Part shown: in pieces, positions 1-8,817 of the stretch
Numbering within the stretch: position 1 is the first letter of the stretch
Layout of the letters: every line of letters begins with the position of its first letter
Sequence record: PV764601.1
Strand: one strand, 5' to 3'
DNA: 64,000 nucleotides
Notes under the pieces: generated by a model
Told to the model about the DNA's origin: nothing
The model's input: the letters and a program-made list of their open reading frames with translations, nothing else
Database searches by the model: none
Translations under genes and position numbers: made by a program

Positions 1-380
1 CGAACGAACCGCTTCAAATCATCAATGTCAAACACGTCGTTTTGCTTGTACTTGAATCCGATTGCACCAATGAGGTACAGGAGGGTACGGCGGTCAATAG
101 CAGGATTCACCGAAGACGCATACGGGTCGTTCGTGCTCATCAGGCTTTCGATCTGCGTTGCAATCTCGCTGTTCATCACCTCATCGACGCTATCAGCGAA
201 GTCTCGCCACACGTCAAGATCACGGAAACCTTCTGGCAGCATGATGCCCATCGTATCCACAACAACGCCATTCCCGTCCATCTTGCCATAGACTTGATGG
301 AAGCCGTAGGTGATTAGTGGGTTGATGGATGAAGCATTAGGCAACAAGGTATTCGGATCATCGCCGTTATAGATAGTCAT
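1..380 (-). CDS. Baseplate wedge/tail protein (gp7- or P2 gpI-like), N-terminal part, runs off the window edge
   Basis: Not in the ORF track. My translation from ATG 380 (TGATG overlap with the upstream gene) gives MTIYNGDDPNTLLP...LYLIGAIGFKYKQNDVFDIDDLKRFV, open to position 1. Product inferred from position after the gp6/J-like gene. Confidence 0.55.
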   Translation of the reverse strand, partial: MTIYNGDDPNTLLPNASSINPLITYGFHQVYGKMDGNGVVVDTMGIMLPEGFRDLDVWRDFADSVDEVMNSEIATQIESLMSTNDPYASSVNPAIDRRTLLYLIGAIGFKYKQNDVFDIDDLKRFV

Positions 381-2161
381 CAGACACCTACGCGATCAGT
401 GAACGCCACCTGCAAGTTCGTATTGTTGAGGGTAACGTAAGAGATACCCGCAGTGTTGATCTTGTTGACAGCAGCGCCAGTAGTAACAGAACCCGTGTCC
501 AAGAATTCAAGCGCAGAAGATGCGCTGACCGTGGCAAGCAGGAACATTTCTTGGGAAGCAGTGCGCCCGTACACCTTGTATTGCACAGCACCTGCCACTG
601 CATTCCACTTGATACGTGCGGCGTTGTTCGTTCCCGTCAGCGTCACCGCACCATTCACCGAAGCGAACGTTTCTTGCACAGGGCTGAGATTGGAGACAGC
701 AGACACCGAATAGATGTACGTACCGTTGGGGAGCGTACCGCCAGTAGCCGGAGTAACAGTAGGGGCCTGCGGTGCGTTGATCTTACAGATAACGTCAGCG
801 GTGGGTGAAGTCAGGGTAACGTGGTCAACGTAAGGGTCCGAAGTACGGATGGAGTCAATAAGGTCGTCCACGTACAGATCGCGACCCAAGTAACCTTGGC
901 GTGCAGTGAACAGTTTGGCAACTGCTGCGCGCGCCTTGGCCAAGATGGAATCCGGATCGCCCTGACCAGTGATGTAGATGGTGCCCGCAACGTCTACTGC
1001 AATTTGCTTGGCGGTTTGGCGGACGTACTCAAGGGGCATCGAGCGAGGCTGCCACCACTTGAGGAAGTCCGTGTACTGCGTAGCAGAAATCTGAGAACCC
1101 GTATCCATCAGAACGTAGGTGTAGACAACGTTCATGAATTCCTTGAGATTCGGAGCAATGTCCTTCTGACCAAGGAAGATGGCATCGACAACGCCGGGAT
1201 ACTTCGTAGCAATAGCAGGCATGTCTGGAATAGCAACCGCGCGCTCGTAGGACGCGTAGATCAACGGACTATCGCGGTACTGCTCTGCGTCAAGTTCGTC
1301 AGTACCTCCGGTGAGTGGAGTAAGCGCGCTGCCAGTGAACTCAACACCGTTGGCCGAGTACGTGATGCGCTGATTCTCAAACTGTACGTTGTTGCCGGAG
1401 GTACCATTGGTCACAGCATAGGACACAAGAATCTGCGCACCACGCTGAGGGATCATGCCGAACTGAGTGTTACCGAACTCAAGCAGAAGCTCGCCCGTAG
1501 GCAGCGTGTTGTCCGATACCACGTAGTTAGGATCGCCACTGTTCGTGATGGGGTAGTGCCAGATGCCATCAGTCACCACTTGCAGCGGACGGCCACTGAC
1601 AGTGACCCGCACGTCCATGTTGCTGATGGTGAAGCCGGGGACAGATACAACGATCATCTGACTGTCAGCACCTTGACCCGTGTACGAAACCTGAGTGATA
1701 AAGCCTTCGTACAAGTCGAATTCAGCGGAGAGGGTACCGACGGGGAACAGTATGGCAGAGCGGTTGAACAGAGACACACCCGGCGCTTGGAAGGCCGAGA
1801 ACTCAGGGATCAGGACGGACGTGGCTGCGGTGGCTCGCGTGAGCCGTACCCGAGTCTGTGCAGGGGACTTGCGCGTCAGACGGACACCGAGCCGACGCGC
1901 AGACGCCCGCAGGCTCGAAGGCATACGGGCGGTCTGAGGGAACGTTTCTTCAAAGCTGTTCTGCACACCGGTTTGCAGGAACGCAGTGGCGGCGGCCACG
2001 CCTTCAATCAAGAGGCTTGCAGTCTGAGTAGGAAGCAGCGGAGCCCAGTTCGCCTTGCGCGTCAGACTCGATCCCAGCTGTGCTGCAATGTCATCGAAGT
2101 CAGGGCGGATATTGGACAACGCGGTTACAGTTGTCATGGTTGAATTCCGGTCAGTGGCCAT
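380..2161 (-). CDS. Baseplate wedge protein (T4 gp6 / baseplate J-like) with C-terminal FN3/Ig-like insertion
   Basis: FPQTARMPSSLRASARRLGVRL N-terminal motif, GGTDELDAEQYR...RAVAIPD motif and final wedge domain typical of gp6/J. Start uncertain (2161 or 2137). Confidence 0.8.
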   Translation of the reverse strand: MATDRNSTMTTVTALSNIRPDFDDIAAQLGSSLTRKANWAPLLPTQTASLLIEGVAAATAFLQTGVQNSFEETFPQTARMPSSLRASARRLGVRLTRKSPAQTRVRLTRATAATSVLIPEFSAFQAPGVSLFNRSAILFPVGTLSAEFDLYEGFITQVSYTGQGADSQMIVVSVPGFTISNMDVRVTVSGRPLQVVTDGIWHYPITNSGDPNYVVSDNTLPTGELLLEFGNTQFGMIPQRGAQILVSYAVTNGTSGNNVQFENQRITYSANGVEFTGSALTPLTGGTDELDAEQYRDSPLIYASYERAVAIPDMPAIATKYPGVVDAIFLGQKDIAPNLKEFMNVVYTYVLMDTGSQISATQYTDFLKWWQPRSMPLEYVRQTAKQIAVDVAGTIYITGQGDPDSILAKARAAVAKLFTARQGYLGRDLYVDDLIDSIRTSDPYVDHVTLTSPTADVICKINAPQAPTVTPATGGTLPNGTYIYSVSAVSNLSPVQETFASVNGAVTLTGTNNAARIKWNAVAGAVQYKVYGRTASQEMFLLATVSASSALEFLDTGSVTTGAAVNKINTAGISYVTLNNTNLQVAFTDRVGV

Positions 2162-2199
2162 AGGAAAATGAGGGTTGGGGAGTGGAAAATGTAGCCAAA

Positions 2200-2247
2200 A
2201 TCTACGCCCCAACTATGCGTTTTGACGCAAGGATTGGGGTCGTAGAT
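2200..2247 (-). terminator. Extended imperfect stem-loop followed by T-run on minus strand (terminator or processing site)
   Basis: atctacg-ccccaa...tgcgt tttg acgca...ttgggg-t-cgtagat in the intergenic gap between the gp25-like and gp6-like genes. Confidence 0.35.
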
Positions 2248-2320
2248 GGAAGCTGGAGCCTCTAAATTTGGCGCCCTGTGGGTAGGGTGCTGTGGGCCTA
2301 TTTTGGCCCTATTTTCGGTA

Positions 2321-2725
2321 TTAGCGTGCCACCGAGGTGGACGGCAGCTGGACTGAAACCTGATTGTAGTAACCCGAAAGGTTGGACTTGTACAGGATGA
2401 CCACTCCGTAACCGTCGTAATTCTGGAGAGGCTTCACTTGGATGCCCGCCATATCAAACTTGGCTACAGACCCGGCCCATTTGGTCAGGTCTTGGTAGAG
2501 GGTCATCCTGTACTTCTCCGCGTTCTCAGCAGTCACCTGCTTTTGCAGGAAGAAGTGACTTGATGCTCCATACCCAATCCGAAACTTACGGCTGCGCTTC
2601 TGGATCAGAACAATGTTGAGCACCACATTGGCAACTGCATCATCATTGATGACGATGGCTTGCTTGTTATTCAACCCGACTAGCGTGTTGAAGTCACTAA
2701 ACAGGATGTTGTTGGTGGTTGCCAT
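2321..2725 (-). CDS. Baseplate wedge subunit, gp25/gpW-like
   Basis: 134 aa; AVANVVLNIVLIQKRSRKFRIGYG resembles the gp25 motif; located directly upstream of the gp6/J gene. Confidence 0.7.
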   Translation of the reverse strand: MATTNNILFSDFNTLVGLNNKQAIVINDDAVANVVLNIVLIQKRSRKFRIGYGASSHFFLQKQVTAENAEKYRMTLYQDLTKWAGSVAKFDMAGIQVKPLQNYDGYGVVILYKSNLSGYYNQVSVQLPSTSVAR

Positions 2726-2751
2726 GTTGGTTCCGAATTAGATGTGGGCAC

Positions 2752-3429
2752 TTACTGGAAGCGAGGTCCGTACAACGTGACTAGCAGGAGGTAGGCTTCG
2801 CCGTCCTCGACGGGACTGAACCTACACAACCGCCACGCAGGCCATGACAACGTGATGCCTGTCCAGTCAGCCCGTGCGTTAGTGATGGTGGGCGACACGT
2901 CTTTCCATTCCTGCAAGTTCGGATCGAAGAAGGGGAAGAACACGTCGTTACCTTCGTAAGCAGAGAGCGGGATCATCATATGAATCTTCTGATGAGCCTG
3001 ACTATGCGTATTCAGATCAATGCGATTCGTGGCGCCGGGAGCAACCGCCGTACCAGCGTGGGGCGGATTAAGCTTCGCACCCATAGCGAGTCGCACCAAG
3101 CGTACCGAAGCAGGTTGCGGTGCAGGAACAACAAAGGCCGCATCCTTGAAATACAAATCGAATGGATAGAAGCCCGATAGGCGATGGACGCATTCTGCGA
3201 TGAGCGTTCGGGTATCGTGAATCAACACAGCTTCTGGCGACGCGTCACTGGCCGTCGGTGCAGTCAGGTCCAGTGGAACGCCACTATCCCATCCACAACC
3301 GTAAGGGTTAACCGGATACTCATCTGCCTTCGCCTTGAGGCGCGCGATCAGCGAAGAGTTAATCAAGTTGACCTGTTCGTGGCAGAGGGGATTCCATTTG
3401 GCTGTAGTTTGGTCCCTTTCTTGGAACAT
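2752..3429 (-). CDS. Hypothetical virion/tail-associated protein
   Basis: Likely start ATG 3429 (MFQERD) after GGGAG RBS; located in the tail operon; no recognised domain. Confidence 0.55.
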   Translation of the reverse strand: MFQERDQTTAKWNPLCHEQVNLINSSLIARLKAKADEYPVNPYGCGWDSGVPLDLTAPTASDASPEAVLIHDTRTLIAECVHRLSGFYPFDLYFKDAAFVVPAPQPASVRLVRLAMGAKLNPPHAGTAVAPGATNRIDLNTHSQAHQKIHMMIPLSAYEGNDVFFPFFDPNLQEWKDVSPTITNARADWTGITLSWPAWRLCRFSPVEDGEAYLLLVTLYGPRFQ

Positions 3430-3484
3430 GTTTCTTCTCCCTTGTTGTGTCAAACGTTTTGGTTGTTACTAGAAGATGGAGTTG

Positions 3485-4072
3485 CTATCCGATGCTACCA
3501 TCTGAGGCGGCGGCATAAATACTGAAATTCGCTGTAGCGATAACGTTACCAGTACCCGCTTGGTAGATTCGGCAGCCAAATGACATGGAAGAATCAACAA
3601 AACCAAATCGGGTTGCAGCGGAACATGACCATCGGGGAGAACCACCCAAATTCTGACGATTCATCGTGCCCGAGGTTTGACCGTTACCTGCGATCTGCTG
3701 ATTAAATCCTTCTACGTCAAAATCACTTGCATTACCGCCAGCCAACCATCGGTACGTCTGCAAAGCTCCCATACCCCATGTGTAGTAGATGTTGCCATCG
3801 GTACTAAACTGGATGGTGGCAGAAGCAGTGTTGTCTTGACCCGATTGTCTGTAGTAGGACTGCTGCGCATAAATGTCGGTCAACTGTGCAGTGATTTTAG
3901 TTGCTCCTGCAAATTGACTAAGCCGCAAACCGTCCGGAGTTTTGCTGATGTTCGCATTCTGCGCAGGCCCATCTGGAACAAGGCCACCGCCTCGTGTGTA
4001 GGCACGGAGATTTCCGTTGCCACCGAATTCGTTACGCACGCTCACCAGTGTTGGTGGGTTTGATACGGCCAT
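3485..4072 (-). CDS. Putative tail-fibre tip/adhesin-like protein
   Basis: Start ATG 4072 after GGGAGG RBS. N-terminus MAVSNPPTLVSVRNEFGG...YTRGGGLVP...NANIS...LRLSQFAGA is paralogous to 4685-5626; beta-rich Gly/Ser/Thr C-terminus. Confidence 0.55.
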   Translation of the reverse strand: MAVSNPPTLVSVRNEFGGNGNLRAYTRGGGLVPDGPAQNANISKTPDGLRLSQFAGATKITAQLTDIYAQQSYYRQSGQDNTASATIQFSTDGNIYYTWGMGALQTYRWLAGGNASDFDVEGFNQQIAGNGQTSGTMNRQNLGGSPRWSCSAATRFGFVDSSMSFGCRIYQAGTGNVIATANFSIYAAASDGSIG

Positions 4073-4082
4073 GAGTACCTCC

Positions 4083-4688
4083 CTATCTAAATTTAGGGCC
4101 TCGCAACCAAACCACAAGAACGTACCTAGTCCCGTAGTCAACAGGTCTTACTTCGTGCGGCATCCATGCGGGGAATACCACTGCGTCGCCAGCCTGCTTG
4201 CTATTGGTCAGAGGTTTCTCGGGGTAAGAGTTGTAGAGGACTAATTCACCGCCCTCGTAATCCGGATTCAACTGGACGATGAGGCTGAGCTTCCGGTTGC
4301 ACATTTCCTCGTAACCGGCGAGGTCCAAATGTTCACCGTGGAAATTACCTTCCACGTACTTCAGGATATGGATTTCCTTGAAGACTTCATCTGCGCCGAA
4401 CAGTTCAAACTGATAGCAGGAGTTTAGGTCAGGCAGCCGTTCCAGTATCCGTTGGCGCATCATTTCGTACAGCGTACCTCCAGCCAGTCGGATAATGGCC
4501 ACCTGACGGCCTTGCTCTGTTACAGTCACGTTATTGTCGCCAATGGTGCGGCCTTGCACAAACAGTCCGGAGTCCTCTGACTCCTTGATGATGGTGGCGC
4601 ACTCTTCTGCGTTAAACATCCGACTGAGGTAGTACGTAGGCAACCAATTCATCGGAGTAGCGGTGCGTGGTTCTTTGTTGACGATCAT
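4083..4688 (-). CDS. 2OG-Fe(II) oxygenase (prolyl-4-hydroxylase/PKHD-like)
   Basis: HxD (HLD), RKLSLIVQLN..YEGGEL, VFPAWMPHEVRPV..GTRYVLVVW: complete facial triad and 2OG-binding Arg. Confidence 0.9.
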   Translation of the reverse strand: MIVNKEPRTATPMNWLPTYYLSRMFNAEECATIIKESEDSGLFVQGRTIGDNNVTVTEQGRQVAIIRLAGGTLYEMMRQRILERLPDLNSCYQFELFGADEVFKEIHILKYVEGNFHGEHLDLAGYEEMCNRKLSLIVQLNPDYEGGELVLYNSYPEKPLTNSKQAGDAVVFPAWMPHEVRPVDYGTRYVLVVWLRGPKFR

Positions 4689-5626
4689 ATGATCTGCTTA
4701 CCAGTCGTGTTGTGATGGAGGATGAACGAACGATTGTCATCCGAAGCCCAGAAGCACTTGTCGTAGATGTAGATATTGCGGACAGCACGCTCACCAGCAG
4801 GCAGCACACGCACTACCTTATCCCAAGTGACCGATGGGATCACGTCGTTAGGGCGTGTGGTAGTAGCAACGTGGTGGCCTAGAGCATCCACCGCACGAAC
4901 CAGCGTTTCCGAGTCGGCTTTGACTGGAATAGGTGCAGTGGTGGAGCACGTTAGGCGTGAGCCATTGGCAGTAACCAAGGTCACACACTCTCGGGTGAAG
5001 GTCTGCGCATCTACGATGTTCAGCGTCTCCGAAGTCCTTGCGTATGGATCGACCAACAGCAGAGGATCGTTGGAGTTGTACATGCCTGCCTGCTTTCCAT
5101 CGTGCAGGTATGCTTCCATGACAACACAGGTGGGTGGGCGTTCATACGTCCAGCTTAGGTAGAACGTAAAGCTAGGGATCGCATTCTGACCAGTGACGTT
5201 ATCGGTAACCACGCAGTTACCGTTGCCAGAAATGTTCTGACCATTGTTGAGATCAGCGTACAGCTGGAACGTACTACTGGTATTTCCGCTAACAGGGACG
5301 CCTGCGGTGTAGTTCCAGTAGTAGCTGTAGTTGCCGCTGCCGTTAACGGGGTAAACAATCAGCTGTGGAGTTAGGACACGTCCCGACTGGCTGTTGCCAC
5401 TACCACTGGTGTTGGCGGTCGTGCGATTCAGGGACGCACTGAGATTGTACTTGACCGCACCCGCAAACTGACTGAGACGAAGACCGCCCGGCGTATCACT
5501 GATGTTGGCATTCTGCGGAGGACCGTCAGGTACGTATGGACATTTGCGGTAATAGGCCCCAAGATTGTTAGGGCCTCCGAACTCTGCAATGACACTCAAC
5601 AAGGTAGGTGGATTAGATACAGGCAT
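4685..5626 (-). CDS. Putative tail-fibre tip protein with C-terminal Hint (intein-like) domain
   Basis: Start ATG 5626; N-terminus paralogous to 3485-4072. Hint-like segment 5128-4709 starts with Cys (PT|CVV), has LTCSTTAPI and VRNI blocks and ends HHN|T. Confidence 0.7.
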   Translation of the reverse strand: MPVSNPPTLLSVIAEFGGPNNLGAYYRKCPYVPDGPPQNANISDTPGGLRLSQFAGAVKYNLSASLNRTTANTSGSGNSQSGRVLTPQLIVYPVNGSGNYSYYWNYTAGVPVSGNTSSTFQLYADLNNGQNISGNGNCVVTDNVTGQNAIPSFTFYLSWTYERPPTCVVMEAYLHDGKQAGMYNSNDPLLLVDPYARTSETLNIVDAQTFTRECVTLVTANGSRLTCSTTAPIPVKADSETLVRAVDALGHHVATTTRPNDVIPSVTWDKVVRVLPAGERAVRNIYIYDKCFWASDDNRSFILHHNTTGKQII

Positions 5627-5627
5627 T

Positions 5628-6560
5628 TCAAGGGCCTCGAATGGTGAGCGGAGGCAGGTCCGGGATGCTAGGCAGTGGCGGGATAACAGGGATGGGGATT
5701 TCCGGAATGGGGATTTCAATAGTGGGAATGACCAAAACCAGCGTAGGCAGCTGGAGGGAAATCACACTACTTAGTTTGTCCATGATGAAGTCCTGCATTG
5801 TCTTCATCGGCATCATGACGATGCTATTGTACAGCCCCGAAATCATTTCGTTGAAATCAATCTCAGGCATCGAAATGTTGGGGATAAAAGGCGATGGCAA
5901 CGAGAAATCGAAGGGGATGCCTGGGATGCTGATGTTGGCCAACAGCGCGTTGAGGTCAACGTTGCGAAGGTCATTGATCGGAGGAGGAATCTGATCTATC
6001 AGCATTTGCTTCACGTCCTCCATCGTGGGGATGGTAGGCAACGTGGGCATGCCCGGAATTTTGATCTTGTCTGTCACCTGCTTGATGATGTTTTGCAAGT
6101 ATCCAGCTAGCGACATTAGATAGCTAGACTTCAGCTGCGTCAGCCACTGCACGATGTTGATGTCCGGTATGTCGAGAGAGAAATAGAGATTGGGTAGCGA
6201 AGGCATTGCGCCTTTTACTGCCGCGATCAAATCGTCACCCGACATAGTTAGCAGCTGGTCTACGCCAATGTTCAGGATGGGAATCTTGGGAATGGCAGAC
6301 ATTGCCAAGCCTAGGAATTCCGAGATAGGCTTAATCATCATGAACGCAGACGTAAGCAGCTGTTCGGTCATCAGCTGGCCCATTGCCATGACGCCACTCA
6401 TGTTAGGGCAGCTGATAGAAGGGAACATGGTAGGGATGCCGGGGAGGGCGGGAGGCCACTGGAACCCGGTTGGCGGGAACGTCAGATTCGGGAGCATTGC
6501 CTGATACAGACTGTCGAACGTAGGCAAAGGCTCTGTCACTGAAATGGTGATCGTTCCCAT
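5628..6560 (-). CDS. Proline-rich virion/baseplate-associated protein
   Basis: 310 aa, very Pro/Ile/Leu/Met-rich; tightly packed between the spike and fibre-tip genes. Confidence 0.6.
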   Translation of the reverse strand: MGTITISVTEPLPTFDSLYQAMLPNLTFPPTGFQWPPALPGIPTMFPSISCPNMSGVMAMGQLMTEQLLTSAFMMIKPISEFLGLAMSAIPKIPILNIGVDQLLTMSGDDLIAAVKGAMPSLPNLYFSLDIPDINIVQWLTQLKSSYLMSLAGYLQNIIKQVTDKIKIPGMPTLPTIPTMEDVKQMLIDQIPPPINDLRNVDLNALLANISIPGIPFDFSLPSPFIPNISMPEIDFNEMISGLYNSIVMMPMKTMQDFIMDKLSSVISLQLPTLVLVIPTIEIPIPEIPIPVIPPLPSIPDLPPLTIRGP

Positions 6561-6561
6561 C

Positions 6562-7299
6562 TTATGCTCCGTTGATACTTACCGTTGGTGCGTTGAGCGA
6601 AATCTTGACTGCTGAATTGATAGTTGCAGGACCAGTAACCTGGGCAGTGGCACTACCACCCACAGTAGCTTGGAGGTTCTGACCGATGTTAGCCTTCATA
6701 GCCCCATCGACCTTCATTTCCGCATTGCCGTTCACGGTGACGTTGACGTTACCTTTCACCTGCACTGTAGCGTTGCCCTTGATTTCGGTCTCTTGATTCT
6801 GTTCAACCGTGATCGTTTGATTGGCTACCGAAGTGATGTGCAGGTTGCCGTTAGGCTCGATGCGAACACGGGTATCAGAGAAGTGGCCAATCTCCACGTC
6901 GCCTGTCAGCTTGTCAACGATGATCCAGTTACCCTTGGAATCGTCAAGGCCGTAGCGGTGGGGATAGTTGACTAGCTCAGTCTGCTTCCGAAGGTCGGCG
7001 CGCAAGGCTACGCCAATCACCATAGGGAAGTGGGGATCGCCTTGCTGGAACTCCACCCATACTTCGCTGTCTACGTCCAACACACCGTAGCTACCGAAGG
7101 TGCTACTTTGGCCAGTGCCGCTAGGAGGACATTTGGGGAAGGCCCACGGCAATTCCTCGGGAGGGGTATCACCGTAGACCTCGGGGATATGGACACGTAC
7201 ACGCCGTAGCTGTTCGGGGTCATTGTTGTCCACTACCTTGCCATAGAAAATAATGCCCTTGTAGCTGTCCGATTCACGGACGCCCATACCGATACTCAT
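6562..7299 (-). CDS. Baseplate central spike (gp5 N-terminal OB / gpV / VgrG-like), no lysozyme domain
   Basis: YGKVVDNNDPEQLRRVRVHIP..LPWA..VWVEFQQGDPHFP OB-fold motif plus C-terminal beta-helix repeats (VKGNVNVTVNGNA). Confidence 0.85.
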   Translation of the reverse strand: MSIGMGVRESDSYKGIIFYGKVVDNNDPEQLRRVRVHIPEVYGDTPPEELPWAFPKCPPSGTGQSSTFGSYGVLDVDSEVWVEFQQGDPHFPMVIGVALRADLRKQTELVNYPHRYGLDDSKGNWIIVDKLTGDVEIGHFSDTRVRIEPNGNLHITSVANQTITVEQNQETEIKGNATVQVKGNVNVTVNGNAEMKVDGAMKANIGQNLQATVGGSATAQVTGPATINSAVKISLNAPTVSINGA

Positions 7300-8423
7300 T
7301 GACTCTCTCCGTTCATACCGCCGCGCATCAGTTTGATCTTCTCGCCGTAGTTGCGACCGACAAGCATGATTTCCTTGCCTGCCACGATGTACTGACCTTC
7401 CCGGCTGTTGTTCTGGCCGTCACCGATAGTGTTGTCTCGGATCGACAAGCTACTGTCGATCTTGACGCTATCAAACAGGTCCAGATTAGATTGGTTAGTG
7501 GTCAGCGCAACGCAGATCGAGTTGTTGAGGTAGCGACCGCGCAGGTTTTGGTGGCGGGCCTTGGCCCAGTTATCGTGCACCTGACCCGGAGCGTACAGCG
7601 GTGAGAACTCGACCTTGCCTCGCTGAATCTGCGATTGTAGGTCCAGGTTCATGCTCACGGTAGAAGCACGGGGATTGATGGTGGTGTCGTTGTAGTTGGT
7701 GTCAGGAGTGTTGACCTTCTGATCTACCGTGCGACTCCTGTATCCCCTAATCAAATTATTCCCACCCATAGGATCGTTAAATCGGTGGTCAACGATTGTA
7801 ACGACGTTTTGGTCCATCTTTGTGTAACTCAGCCACATATCTCGCGGCTCGATGGCGTTCAGGTCCATGTATCGCAAGGAGCGGTCGAAGCGCACACCCG
7901 TACACATGAGGGAATCATCTGACTTGTATCCATGCTGGGCCATGTAGCGAACGAACTCAGCATTGCGGCGGTTGGCCTGCCACCATCGTTGGTTGTCGGT
8001 GGTATCCTCAACCTGTGGCGTGAGGCCGCTACGTTCACCGATTTGACTGATGATTTCAGAGCTAGTACCCGTGTAGCCAATGTTCTGAGACTCAGCTAGG
8101 TACTTGGGGGCATCTAGATACCCGCTCATTTTGTAGATGGTCAGGTTGCCGCTGGTGACTTGCTCAGGACGGTGGAGGCGGAACTCGTAGTTCCTTTTCT
8201 GATCGCCAGTGCCCAAGCTAATGACAATGGGTACGGCGTCAAACAGGGTAACGCCAGCCTTCCGAAGAATGTCGCCTTGGTCAGCGAACTGCATGAACAT
8301 CATCGGCAAGAAATACCGAGTGTCACTGACTAGGGACAGGTGGTGAAACGAGAACTCATTGTCAGGAAGCTGGACGCCACCAATGGTAACGTCCAATTCC
8401 AGCCCGTTGTCATACTTGAGCAT
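7296..8423 (-). CDS. Baseplate hub / tail protein (gp27, Mu gp44, P2 gpD-like)
   Basis: 375 aa; YTGTSSEIISQI..GL and WWQANRRNAEFVRYMA pattern; immediately upstream of the spike gene. Confidence 0.65.
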   Translation of the reverse strand: MLKYDNGLELDVTIGGVQLPDNEFSFHHLSLVSDTRYFLPMMFMQFADQGDILRKAGVTLFDAVPIVISLGTGDQKRNYEFRLHRPEQVTSGNLTIYKMSGYLDAPKYLAESQNIGYTGTSSEIISQIGERSGLTPQVEDTTDNQRWWQANRRNAEFVRYMAQHGYKSDDSLMCTGVRFDRSLRYMDLNAIEPRDMWLSYTKMDQNVVTIVDHRFNDPMGGNNLIRGYRSRTVDQKVNTPDTNYNDTTINPRASTVSMNLDLQSQIQRGKVEFSPLYAPGQVHDNWAKARHQNLRGRYLNNSICVALTTNQSNLDLFDSVKIDSSLSIRDNTIGDGQNNSREGQYIVAGKEIMLVGRNYGEKIKLMRGGMNGESQ

Positions 8424-8424
8424 G

Positions 8425-8814
8425 TTAGACCCTTACTAGACGGGAAATTTGTTGCTGGTCAAGACCGATGTTCTTGAGCCACTGCGTAACGTCAGCAGCG
8501 CTAGGAACGTTGACCCAATTACCAGCGACGAAGCCGAGGATGGGGTGGAGGGGATGGATGATGCCGTTGTACCTGCATAGCACCCACCACAGATACTCAG
8601 TACCGTACTTGTCATAGCTCATGATCTCCGGCGAAAACTCGTATTTCGGAGTAATCATTTCAGGAGTGCTGACAGGAATCTGTTTCGACAATCGGAACTG
8701 AGGATTGTTCATCGAGCTTGCCAGATAATCCAGCAGCTGCTCAGTCTCGCTACCCTTCACGTCCACAGGAACAGTCGTCACCGGGATATAGGTACGCTGC
8801 TTGTACTGGTTCAT
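8425..8814 (-). CDS. Baseplate protein gp53/LysM-like
   Basis: PEIMSYDKYGTEYLWWVLCRYNGIIHP matches the gp53/LysM-like pattern. Confidence 0.75.
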   Translation of the reverse strand: MNQYKQRTYIPVTTVPVDVKGSETEQLLDYLASSMNNPQFRLSKQIPVSTPEMITPKYEFSPEIMSYDKYGTEYLWWVLCRYNGIIHPLHPILGFVAGNWVNVPSAADVTQWLKNIGLDQQQISRLVRV

Positions 8815-8817
8815 GCG

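Noticed and set aside
4709-5128. Mobile intein with homing endonuclease
   Set aside because: Only about 140 aa, no LAGLIDADG/HNH insert, C-terminal location; behaves like a Hint/BIL domain.
3485-5626. Diversity-generating retroelement or invertible fibre cassette
   Set aside because: Shared sequence is at the N-termini, not a VR/TR pair; no reverse transcriptase, invertase or inverted crossover sites seen.
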